Of a DNA stretch of 64,000 nucleotides, positions 19,967-28,893 are shown in pieces; within the stretch, counting starts at the first letter, position 1; each line of letters starts with the position of its first letter. The stretch comes from Candidatus Saccharicenans sp. (GTDB taxonomy: Bacteria > Acidobacteriota > Aminicenantia > Aminicenantales > Saccharicenantaceae): positions 17,063 to 81,062 of the forward strand of contig DAOLNQ010000007.1 of assembly GCA_035416665.1 (NCBI GenBank), in the 5' to 3' direction. The notes beneath the pieces were generated by a model that was not told where the DNA came from, did no database searches, and saw only the letters and a list, made by a program, of their open reading frames with translations. The position numbers and the translations under genes were made by a program.

Positions 19967-20062
19967 AGGGTCAGGCTGGAAGAAGTCTGGCGAATGGAAA
20001 TTGCCTGACCCGGACAAAAGATAACTATCTAAAAATTTCCTGTCCTAAAAGGAGGAAAGAGA

Positions 20063-21388
20063 ATGAAGTCCTGGTTGGAAAAAACCTTTCACTTACAGGA
20101 AAACCAGACTGATGTCAAAACAGAATTCCTCGGTGGGCTAACTACCTTTATGACCATGTCCTACATCATTTTTGTCCAACCAGCAATCATGGGCGGAATC
20201 GGAATGAATACCGGGGCAGTGATGGTGGCCACCTGTTTGGCCAGTGCCATCGCTACTCTGCTTACGGGATTGCTGTCCAATTATCCCATTGCTCAGGCGC
20301 CAGCCATGGGCCATAACGTTTTCTTTGCGGTCACTGTTTGCGGTCTGATGGGTTATACCTGGCAGGTGGCCCTGGGAGCCAGTTTTATCTCCGGCTGCCT
20401 TTTTACTCTTCTGGCTTTGCTGGGTATGGCGGGCAAGCTGGTAGATATTGTCCCCGATTCCCTAAAACAGGCTATTGCCGCCGGCATCGGACTGCTGATC
20501 GCCTTGATTGGTCTTGAATATGCCGGTCTGGTGGTGGCCACCCCGGGTGTCTTAGTTGGCCTGGGCCACCTGGGCAGCCGGCCCGCCCTCGTGGCCCTGT
20601 TCGGATTGGTCATGACTGCTGTCCTTATGACCAGAAGAATTCCTGGAGCCTTACTCTGGGGGATCCTTTCTTCAGCTCTTCTCGGACTGGCTCTGGGCGT
20701 GGTCAAATTTCATGGTCTATTTTCCGCTCCTCCCTCCCTTTCTCCAACTTTTTTGAAGCTGGATATCAGTGGCGCCCTGAAGGGCGGTTTGATTCCGATT
20801 ATTTTTGTTTTTTTCTTTCTGGATGTATTTGACACAGTTGGAACGCTGGTCGGGGTGTGCAGTCCGGTTGGTTTCTTCAAGGGGAAAAAACTACCGCGGG
20901 CTAATGAGGCCATGCTGGCCGACGCTATCGGTACTGTCACCGGCACGCTGCTCGGGACTTCCACCGTCAGCAGCTATGTGGAAAGTTCAACCGGTATTGC
21001 CCAGGGAGCGCGGACCGGACTGGCTAACGTCTTTACCTCTATTTTTTTCCTGGCTGCTTTATTTTTAAACCCGCTGGCAGAAATGGTCGGAGGCAGCTAC
21101 GAGTTTGACGGTCAGGTGCTGCGTCCGGTAATTGCTCCTGCTCTTATCATAGTTGGTTTCATGATGATGAAGACTCTGGGCCGGATTGACTGGGAAGATA
21201 TAAGCGAGGCTATACCGGCTTTTTTGACTCTGGTGGTCACACCGCTAACTGTAAGTATCACTGATGGCCTGGCTTTTGGCTTCATCAGTTATTCGCTGCT
21301 GAAGATATTTAAAGGAGAAGGTAAAAAAGTTCACTGGCTGGTCTATCTTATCTCGCTATTGCTTCTGGCCAGATATTTCTTGGGTTAG
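20063..21388 (+). CDS. NCS2-family nucleobase permease (AzgA-like adenine/guanine/hypoxanthine transporter).
   Basis: N-terminus KTEFLGGLTTFMTMSYIIFVQP is typical of AzgA. Multi-TM protein. AGGAGG RBS. Adjacent to apt. Confidence 0.85.
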   Translation: MKSWLEKTFHLQENQTDVKTEFLGGLTTFMTMSYIIFVQPAIMGGIGMNTGAVMVATCLASAIATLLTGLLSNYPIAQAPAMGHNVFFAVTVCGLMGYTWQVALGASFISGCLFTLLALLGMAGKLVDIVPDSLKQAIAAGIGLLIALIGLEYAGLVVATPGVLVGLGHLGSRPALVALFGLVMTAVLMTRRIPGALLWGILSSALLGLALGVVKFHGLFSAPPSLSPTFLKLDISGALKGGLIPIIFVFFFLDVFDTVGTLVGVCSPVGFFKGKKLPRANEAMLADAIGTVTGTLLGTSTVSSYVESSTGIAQGARTGLANVFTSIFFLAALFLNPLAEMVGGSYEFDGQVLRPVIAPALIIVGFMMMKTLGRIDWEDISEAIPAFLTLVVTPLTVSITDGLAFGFISYSLLKIFKGEGKKVHWLVYLISLLLLARYFLG

Positions 21389-21494
21389 GTTAAATGGAAC
21401 AAGAGCCAGATTGATGATAAGTTAATTAGCTGGCTGTCGTTTGGAGTCAACGATTTTAAAGAAAAAATATGAGTTATTCCTGACGGGGAGTGAG

Positions 21495-23267
21495 ATGAAT
21501 ATCAAATCAATTCTCAAAAGTTTAATTCCTACTATTTTAGTAGTATTTATGGCTGGCTGTCTGACTGCGGTTAAACCGGTGGAGGAACCTGACCGGCTGG
21601 CTGATCAGCAAAAATGGGTCGAAAAGACAATGAAAAAAATGAGCCTGGAGGAAAAAATCGGGCAGCTTGTAATTGTCCGCTATCACGGGGAATTCTATAA
21701 TCGACAGGATGAAGATTTTAAGCAGCTGGAGCAACTTGTCCATGACTATCATCTGGGTGGATTGATCCTTTTTGGCGGGGAGCCTCTGGAGACTGCTTAC
21801 TTTACCAACCATTTTCAGCGCCTGGCTAAGGTTCCTCTTCTTATTGCCTCGGATCTGGAAAGAGGAACCGGTAACCAGGTGACTGGAGCGACTCTCTTCC
21901 CGCCGCTCATGGCCCTGGGGGCGGCTGGCTCAGAGCAACTGGCGTACGAGATGGGCCGGATTACCGCTATCGAGGGCCGGGCTCTCGGGATTCATATGAC
22001 TTATGCCCCGGTGGTTGATGTTAATATCAACCCTGATAATCCCATCATAAATACCAGGTCGGTCGGCGAAGATCCAGAGCAGGTGGCTCGCCTGACCGGA
22101 GCTTTTATCCGGGGCTGCCAGTCAAACGGGATGATAGCTACAGCCAAACATTTCCCCGGCCATGGCGATACTGACCAGGATTCGCACAGTTTGCTGCCGG
22201 TCATCAAGGCTGATCTTGACCGGCTGCAAAAAGTTGAACTTTATCCCTTCCAAAAGGCTATAGAGCAGGGCGTGGAAGCCATCATGACCGCCCATCTCTA
22301 TGTTCCTGCTCTTGAACCTGAGCCTGGCCTCCCGGCCACTCTGTCGCCGCGCATTTTAACTGATTTACTCAGAAACAAAATGGGTTTCAAGGGGCTGATT
22401 GTCACCGATGCCCTGGAAATGGCCGGTATCTCCCGTTACTATAGCCAGGAAGAAGCGGCTCTGCGGGCTTTAAAGGCCGGCGTTGATCTTCTCCTTCTTC
22501 CCCTTGATCCGGTCAAAGTCATTAACTATCTGAAAGAGGCGGTTGAACAGGGAGAACTACCTGTGGAACGGGTGGATGAATCTGTTCGCCGGCTGCTGGC
22601 GGCTAAAGCCAGGCTCGGACTTCATCATCAATCTCTGGTTTCGATCGATCGCTTGCCGGTCGTCCTTGGACAACCAGAATTTAAAAAAATAGCCCGGCAA
22701 ACCTTCGAATCGGCTCTGACCCTGGTCAAAAACGAGAATAATCTTCTGCCTGTACCACCTGAAAAAAAGATAGTTATTCTGTCGCTTAGTAGCGATCCAG
22801 GGGATTTTTACGCTGGCAGAAGATTGGCGACAGCCCTGACCAGGCGATATCCTTCGGCCCGAACTTTTTATGCCGATGGCGATACGGGGCGGGAAAAATT
22901 AGAAGAAGCTCTCGCTGCTTCCCTTCAGGCTGAGGTGGTTATAGCTGCTCTTTTTTCCAGCCTTCAGGCCGGCAAAGGAAGTGTTGATCTTGAACCGGGC
23001 CAGGTTGAACTGCTTCAAAAAATAAAAGAAGCTGGACGTCCGGTTGTTGCTCTTTCTTTTGGCAGCCCTTATTTTATCCGTCATTTGCCCGGGGTGGACA
23101 GCTATCTATGCCTTTATCGCAACACACCGGAAACGCAGGAGCTGGCTGCCCGGGCTATTTGTGGAGAGATTGGAATTTCTGGTAAATTACCTGTTTCGAT
23201 CCCGGGACTTTACCCCCGTGGCCAGGGAATTATTCTGGAAAGAAAAATTACACAGGAGGAAAAATGA
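21495..23267 (+). CDS. Glycoside hydrolase family 3 lipoprotein (NagZ-like beta-N-acetylhexosaminidase / beta-glucosidase).
   Basis: KHFPGHGDTDQDSH GH3 signature. Lipoprotein-like signal (...FMAGC). GGGGAG RBS before the ATG at 21495. Confidence 0.85.
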   Translation: MNIKSILKSLIPTILVVFMAGCLTAVKPVEEPDRLADQQKWVEKTMKKMSLEEKIGQLVIVRYHGEFYNRQDEDFKQLEQLVHDYHLGGLILFGGEPLETAYFTNHFQRLAKVPLLIASDLERGTGNQVTGATLFPPLMALGAAGSEQLAYEMGRITAIEGRALGIHMTYAPVVDVNINPDNPIINTRSVGEDPEQVARLTGAFIRGCQSNGMIATAKHFPGHGDTDQDSHSLLPVIKADLDRLQKVELYPFQKAIEQGVEAIMTAHLYVPALEPEPGLPATLSPRILTDLLRNKMGFKGLIVTDALEMAGISRYYSQEEAALRALKAGVDLLLLPLDPVKVINYLKEAVEQGELPVERVDESVRRLLAAKARLGLHHQSLVSIDRLPVVLGQPEFKKIARQTFESALTLVKNENNLLPVPPEKKIVILSLSSDPGDFYAGRRLATALTRRYPSARTFYADGDTGREKLEEALAASLQAEVVIAALFSSLQAGKGSVDLEPGQVELLQKIKEAGRPVVALSFGSPYFIRHLPGVDSYLCLYRNTPETQELAARAICGEIGISGKLPVSIPGLYPRGQGIILERKITQEEK

Positions 23268-24259
23268 AATATAAAAATTTTGGCCAGACCGGTCTTAAAA
23301 TTTCGGAGCTCTGTTTTGGAACCATGTCCTTTGGAGTTGAAGCTGATGAAAAAACCTCAGCTCAGATGTTTGCCGCCTGTCGTGAACAGGGTATTAATAT
23401 CTTCGATTGTGCTGATCTTTATGCTCATGGCCGGGCCGAAGAAATACTTGGACGTTTGATTAAAGACATCCGGGAAGAGGTCATCATTACGAGCAAAGTT
23501 TACTTCCCAACCGGCCCGGATATAAATGCCATGGGAGCCAACCGGCGGCATATCATGTATGCGATTGAGGGCAGTCTGCGGCGGCTTCAGACCGACCGGC
23601 TGGATATTTATTTTATTCATCGTTTTGATGATATAACTCCCCTCGAGGAGACCCTTCGAGCTCTGGATGACCTCGTCCATCAGGGGAAGATTGTCTATCT
23701 GGGGCTGAGCAATATGGCTGCCTGGCAGGTAGAAAAGGCTCTGGGGCTCTCGGCGCTTCATGGACTGGCGCCCCTAGCCTGTATCCAGCCGATGTACAAT
23801 CTGGTCAAACGCCAGGCGGAAGTGGAAATTTTACCCATGGCTGAGGCCGAAAGACTTGGCGTCCTGACTTACAGCCCGCTGGCCGGTGGCTTGCTCACCG
23901 GAAAATACGGGAAAAACCGGCGTCCCTCTTCTGGTCGGCTGCTGGAAAATAAAGTTTATCAAACCAGATATCAGGATGAGATGGGTCTGGAGGTGGCTGA
24001 AAAATTTACAGCCCTGGCTGCCGAGCTGGGTTTTAATCCGGTCAGTCTGGCTATTGCCTGGGTGGGCAGCCATCCGGCAGTGACGGCTCCCATTGTCGGG
24101 GCGAGAAACGTCGAACAGCTTAAAGATATTTTCGCCGCAACTGAAATAAATATGACAGCTGAACTTCGTCAGCAAATCTCCAGCTTATCGCCAGAACCGC
24201 CGCCAGCGACTGACCGCAGTGAAGAAAGAACTGATGTTCACTTTCCTATTAGGAAGTAA
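23264..24259 (+). CDS. Aldo/keto reductase family oxidoreductase.
   Basis: AKR motifs (ELCFGTMSFG, DCADLYAHG). 4-nt overlap with the upstream gene. Confidence 0.9.
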   Translation: MKYKNFGQTGLKISELCFGTMSFGVEADEKTSAQMFAACREQGINIFDCADLYAHGRAEEILGRLIKDIREEVIITSKVYFPTGPDINAMGANRRHIMYAIEGSLRRLQTDRLDIYFIHRFDDITPLEETLRALDDLVHQGKIVYLGLSNMAAWQVEKALGLSALHGLAPLACIQPMYNLVKRQAEVEILPMAEAERLGVLTYSPLAGGLLTGKYGKNRRPSSGRLLENKVYQTRYQDEMGLEVAEKFTALAAELGFNPVSLAIAWVGSHPAVTAPIVGARNVEQLKDIFAATEINMTAELRQQISSLSPEPPPATDRSEERTDVHFPIRK

Positions 24260-24270
24260 ATCTAAAGCTC

Positions 24271-26811
24271 TTATTTCCTGACTTTAGCTTCAGCCCAGTC
24301 TGCCAGATCAAAGCGGGGTCCATCCCCACCATCTTCGACAATCAGCCGCAGTTCTTTTACTCCGCTGATATTTACCCTGGCTTTTTTAGCCGGTTCCTGG
24401 CCTTTGATCAGCCCGCTTCTCCAGAGAAGCTGGCCATCACCGAAGACTTTAAACTCAACCGATCCTTTTCCGCCTGCAGCTGCATCCAGACCGACTTCCG
24501 CTTCAAAAACTTTAAATATTCCACCCAGGTTAAAGACAGCTTCCGACCCAGCATTGGTTCCAATTCCAGTGCGGTAGGTCTTCTCTCCTATTTTAAGTTG
24601 AGTTCCACGGGCAGAGCGATTCATCCTGGGCTGACCCCAATTTGAAGTTAGACGTTCAGGTTCAAGATCAGATAAGTAGACTTCAGCTGGCAGCTCGTCA
24701 GCCAGTCTGAATCTGGTCGAAGCAGCTTCTTTACTGGTTGAGCCATCAAGCCAGATCGTCCTGACTTCAACCAGATATTCCTCTCGGGGATCAAGTCCGC
24801 TTAGCTCTCCTCGATTTACAGGCGTATAGAGATATGGCTCTCCATTGAGATAAATCAAATAACCGGCATTTAAATAGTAAAGCGGCTGCCAGTCAAGTTT
24901 GACCTTGTTCAGGCTTTTGATTTCTGTCTTCAGTCCAGATGGAGTTCTTGGTGGAAAATTATAGACATCACCTGCCTCAAAATAGACTTCCCACGAAACG
25001 ACGTCGTTTGACTGGCTGAGAATAGTCACACTGGCCCAGCCGTCATGGTTTTCCAGGCTGAAATTGTAGCCAGGCGCTTCGACTCTTTTTATTCTCAGGT
25101 AGCGTTCATTCCGGGGGAAAGCAAATCTCAATTCATAGGGATCTCCTTTTATTACCCGGCTCTGGCCTCTAATCACTCTATTTTCAGGTTCGTAGCTCAA
25201 TGCTTCCAGCTCCACCCAGCCCTGGGTAATGTGACGGGAAGTGGAGATAAGCTGGGGCTGGCCATTATCTTTGACCAGGGTTAAAACTCTAACTCCGGCT
25301 GGTGGAATGGTGACATAAATACCCTTCTCGAAGCAGCCCAGATATTCTTTATTCCAGAAATCAAAGATATGATAAAGGGAGTTATCTTCCAGACCGAGGT
25401 CAGCCCACCTGACCTGCAGGTCCTGACTTTGATCCTGATCATAGTTGAAACAGCCAACAACATCATATTGACGGCCAAGATGATTAATTTTAAGATCCCA
25501 GATTTTTTTAAGGCGATTGGATGAGAACAAATCCAGAGGCCGGATATCAACAGCTGGATAAACACGCTTCAGGATCTCAACTCTTTCTGCTGGCAGGTCA
25601 TACATCCGGTCTGAAGCCATCAAGGCCTGTCCGGTCAAACCCTGCAAGCTGGCCCAGGCTCTGGCCATATCCAGGGTCAATGGATAGCGAACAAGCAAAA
25701 CATCCGGGTCACAATACCAGAGAATATTATGAAGATAATAATATCTCATAGTCGCTTGAGCAGCTACCAGAAAGCCTTCCCAGGAAGGGACTATATCACC
25801 ACCTGTCCTGGAGCCATTGTATATGCCGGCTCCTTCCAGGGGAGTTCCCCAGCAGCCCAGCAGATAGCGATTGGGTCCAATAGTCTGTCTTATCGTCTCA
25901 AGAGTTCGGCGGTACAGCTGTTCGGGATCACCTGGAGAAGACATAAATTGCTGCTTCTGGCGATACTCTTCGACAACAATTGGTTGACCGTCAATTTTGA
26001 AGTACTCGAATCCCCAGTCGGCTGAAAGTCTGGAGAAAAGCTGGCGTAAATAGTCAAGAGCTTGTGGCTTGGAGGGGTCGAGTAAAAATTTGCCTTCCCA
26101 GGTAGAGGAGGCTGACTGTCCATCTGGAGTCAGAAGAAAGGCCCCGGTAGCCTTGACCACCTCTTCGTTGCTCTGGCCATGGGGAGCCAGCCACAGGCCG
26201 GGGACGAGCCCTTGAGCCTTTATAAATCTGGCCAGACTATCCAGGCCTTTGGAAAAACGTGGATTAACATTTGACCAATCACGATGATCAACCGGACTGC
26301 CCAGGCCGCGCCCCTGCCAGCCGTCATCTATCTGGCAGTATTGCAACCCATAATCTTTAAGATTTTTAGCTAACCAGACTGCATTTTTCTCGACTTCTTC
26401 CTGATTAATTTCTCCGTAATAATAATACCAGGTACACCAACCCGAAGGCGGCAGCGGGAAAATAGTTTTATCCAGTGGCTGGTAATATTTTATGCCCAGT
26501 TTATTTTTAAAATAGCCAGCTATTTCGTGGCCGTTGTGAAGAACAATTTTGTCCTCATAAGGATAAAAAGTTCCCTCGGCCAGAGGCGTGTTGACCTGTC
26601 CCAGAGTCATAACCATCAGCTCCTGGTTAGGCCCGTCATTTATTCTGGCTGGCAACCTGTCCGGAAGCCTCATTTCAACCTGCTGTCCTGATGTCTTTTT
26701 GATCTGCTTTGTCCCCTGGCAGCTCGAATTCAAACCAGCTGATAAAACAAGAATGGCCAGAAGCCAGAGGATATTGATTTTGAGGCCTGAGAAATAAAAG
26801 CAACTTTTCAT
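24271..26811 (-). CDS. Secreted multidomain glycosidase: GH27/GH36-like alpha-galactosidase catalytic domain, then FN3-like region(s), then a C-terminal NPCBM carbohydrate-binding module.
   Basis: Signal peptide. GWCTWYYYYGE...YCQIDDGWQ melibiase-type motif. C-terminal YLSDLEP...WGQP block typical of NPCBM. Confidence 0.65.
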   Translation of the reverse strand: MKSCFYFSGLKINILWLLAILVLSAGLNSSCQGTKQIKKTSGQQVEMRLPDRLPARINDGPNQELMVMTLGQVNTPLAEGTFYPYEDKIVLHNGHEIAGYFKNKLGIKYYQPLDKTIFPLPPSGWCTWYYYYGEINQEEVEKNAVWLAKNLKDYGLQYCQIDDGWQGRGLGSPVDHRDWSNVNPRFSKGLDSLARFIKAQGLVPGLWLAPHGQSNEEVVKATGAFLLTPDGQSASSTWEGKFLLDPSKPQALDYLRQLFSRLSADWGFEYFKIDGQPIVVEEYRQKQQFMSSPGDPEQLYRRTLETIRQTIGPNRYLLGCWGTPLEGAGIYNGSRTGGDIVPSWEGFLVAAQATMRYYYLHNILWYCDPDVLLVRYPLTLDMARAWASLQGLTGQALMASDRMYDLPAERVEILKRVYPAVDIRPLDLFSSNRLKKIWDLKINHLGRQYDVVGCFNYDQDQSQDLQVRWADLGLEDNSLYHIFDFWNKEYLGCFEKGIYVTIPPAGVRVLTLVKDNGQPQLISTSRHITQGWVELEALSYEPENRVIRGQSRVIKGDPYELRFAFPRNERYLRIKRVEAPGYNFSLENHDGWASVTILSQSNDVVSWEVYFEAGDVYNFPPRTPSGLKTEIKSLNKVKLDWQPLYYLNAGYLIYLNGEPYLYTPVNRGELSGLDPREEYLVEVRTIWLDGSTSKEAASTRFRLADELPAEVYLSDLEPERLTSNWGQPRMNRSARGTQLKIGEKTYRTGIGTNAGSEAVFNLGGIFKVFEAEVGLDAAAGGKGSVEFKVFGDGQLLWRSGLIKGQEPAKKARVNISGVKELRLIVEDGGDGPRFDLADWAEAKVRK

Positions 26812-26974
26812 TTAGAGCTCCTGAAATATTAGATTGGATTTTAGATTATAGCTTATATCACAGGCTGGGGGAAAATAGGAAATAAATTTGAAGATGACAA
26901 TTGGCTCAATCTGGTTTATGATTGAATCAAACAAAGAGGGAAAACCCAAAACCCCGGGGACGAAGGAGGGCAGG

Positions 26975-27613
26975 GTGAAAAAATTTTTCGTTTCGTTTTT
27001 GATAGGCTTTTTCTTCTTGACCCTGGCTGGTAATTTGGTCGGAATGACGGTCGGTCTTAAAGCTGGATTTAATCTGGCCAGCCTCAAGGTCAGTCCGGCC
27101 ATGCCTGATCTACCTCAGTTCAAGAACCGCTCCGGCTTTACTGGCGGGATCTTTGTTTCCTTTGATCTGGGGCCTTTAGCTATTGAGCCAGAGATTCGCT
27201 ATGCGCCTTACGGGGCGAAATTTAATCTGATTATTGATGATCTGCCTTACCAGGCACAATATCAATTTGATTATCTGGAAGGGTTTCTCCTTCTAAGATG
27301 GAGGGTAGTCAGGATCGGGCCGGTGAAGCCGGTCATTATGGTCGGGCCTTCTTTTGGCTTTCTGACCAGAGCTAAAGCTGTTCTCAACCCGGCGGCCGGC
27401 GGCTCAGGGGAATCCGTTGATATGAAAGATATGTATAAAAAAAGTGAAATTGGCTTGAGCCTCGGGGCGGGAATTGAAGCTAAAGTAAAAAAATTAAAAT
27501 TATCACTTGAGGCTCGTTATCATCTTGGCCTGACCAATATTGCTGCCTCCAGTTTTGAAGGTAACAGCATCAAAAACAAAGGGGTGTGCGTCCTGGCCGG
27601 TTTAGGTTTTTGA
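26975..27613 (+). CDS. Outer-membrane beta-barrel protein (OmpA-like/porin-family beta-barrel domain).
   Basis: Signal peptide VKKFFVSFLIGFFFLTLAGNLVG. Alternating amphipathic strands. C-terminal ...VCVLAGLGF. GTG start at 26975 with GAAGGAGGG RBS (the track start at 26888 is TTG). Confidence 0.6.
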   Translation: MKKFFVSFLIGFFFLTLAGNLVGMTVGLKAGFNLASLKVSPAMPDLPQFKNRSGFTGGIFVSFDLGPLAIEPEIRYAPYGAKFNLIIDDLPYQAQYQFDYLEGFLLLRWRVVRIGPVKPVIMVGPSFGFLTRAKAVLNPAAGGSGESVDMKDMYKKSEIGLSLGAGIEAKVKKLKLSLEARYHLGLTNIAASSFEGNSIKNKGVCVLAGLGF

Positions 27614-27735
27614 CCGACAGATGCAGCGGGTCGCGGGAGGGGCCACGGGCACTTCCTGGCCAGAGCTAATCAGACACTTACGATTAAGAAGAAAGTCCAG
27701 ATTTTTAATGGAATCCAGGGTAGATAGAAGAAAGG

Positions 27736-27812
27736 TGGGGTGAGTGAGGGGAATCGAACCCCCAACCACTGGATCCACAGTCCAGTGCTCTAACCGTTGA
27801 GCTACACTCACC
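27736..27812 (-). tRNA. tRNA-His (anticodon GTG) with the extra 5' G(-1) and a genomically encoded CCA.
   Basis: Reverse complement: G-GTGAGTG-TA-GCTC-AACGGTT-AGAGC-A-CTGGA-CTGTGGA-TCCAG-TGGTT-GGGGG-TTCGATT-CCCCT-CACTCAC-C-CCA. All 7 acceptor pairs are Watson-Crick. Confidence 0.85.
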
Positions 27813-27913
27813 ACCGGGAGGATTAAAATTCTCTCATCAATTACCCGGGTTGTCAATAAGTTGAAGTTGGTTCTGACTTAAAGTCCAGGACAAAAATCAC
27901 CGGAATAGGGCTA

Positions 27914-28888
27914 TTATTCTTTTTGTTCCTCGATGAGATCAAGAACTTCTTCAGAATCTCGCCATTTCTCTCTAACTCTGACGCTCAACTCCAGAAAGAC
28001 CTTGGTTTCCAGAATTTCTTCTATTTCTCTTCTGGCCTGACTGCCGATGGTCTTGATCATAGAACCCTGATGGCCAATAATGATCCCCTTATGATTTTCT
28101 TTTTCGACCAGTATGTCGGCTCTGATCCTGGTTAGCGGCCGCCCGCTGGAAGGCTTACTGCTTGAACCTGCTTCTCCTTCTGGTTGGTCAGTTTTACTTT
28201 CCGGGCGTTCAATTGAGCGGATAACCACCGCCGTTGTATAGGGTAGTTCCTCCTCCACCAGATTTAAAATCTTTTCTCTTATGATCTCCGACAGTAAAAA
28301 CTTCTCTGATTGATCGGTTATTTCTTCATCTGAATATAGTTTTTCCGCCCGGGGCAGATAATCATAAATCAGGCTTTCCAGCCGGTCGAGATTATCGCCC
28401 TTTAAAGCTGACAGAGGAATGATTTCCCGGAAGGGATAAAGATCTTTATAGTGGTCAATGATAGGCAATATTTTTTCTTTTTTAACCAGATCAATTTTGT
28501 TAATAAGAAGAAAAACCGGCCGGTCGACATTTTTCAGCATCTCCAGGACATATTTATCGCCCTGGCCAAATTTTTTATTGGCTTCGATCAGCAGTAAAAT
28601 CAAATCAGCCGTTTCCAGGGAGGAATAGACATAATTCATCATTCTTCTGTTCATCAGGTGCAAGGGCTTATGAATTCCAGGGTTATCAATAAATATAATC
28701 TGGCCACGGTTGGTGGTCTTAATGCCCAGCAAGCTGATTCTGGTTGTCTGCGGTTTGTCAGAGACAATAGCAATTTTCTGACCGATAAGGTTATTAAGCA
28801 GAGTGGATTTACCAGTATTGGGACGACCGATTAAAGCCACATAACCGGTTCGATACTGGCCTTTTTTCTCTTTTTTTCTGGCTGGCAT
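27914..28888 (-). CDS. era: GTPase Era, with a low-complexity insertion in the KH domain.
   Basis: GRPNTGKSTL, DKPQTTR, DNPG and NKID G-motifs. C-terminal KH domain. Confidence 0.9.
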   Translation of the reverse strand: MPARKKEKKGQYRTGYVALIGRPNTGKSTLLNNLIGQKIAIVSDKPQTTRISLLGIKTTNRGQIIFIDNPGIHKPLHLMNRRMMNYVYSSLETADLILLLIEANKKFGQGDKYVLEMLKNVDRPVFLLINKIDLVKKEKILPIIDHYKDLYPFREIIPLSALKGDNLDRLESLIYDYLPRAEKLYSDEEITDQSEKFLLSEIIREKILNLVEEELPYTTAVVIRSIERPESKTDQPEGEAGSSSKPSSGRPLTRIRADILVEKENHKGIIIGHQGSMIKTIGSQARREIEEILETKVFLELSVRVREKWRDSEEVLDLIEEQKE

Positions 28889-28893
28889 GTTGC

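Noticed and set aside
19967-20062. Possible purine riboswitch upstream of the AzgA-like permease.
   Set aside because: The conserved purine-riboswitch junction sequences (three-way junction with U-rich pocket) are not evident. Only a simple long-loop hairpin is present.
27602-27856. 84-aa minus-strand ORF.
   Set aside because: It is entirely explained by the tRNA-His gene and flanking G-rich spacer.
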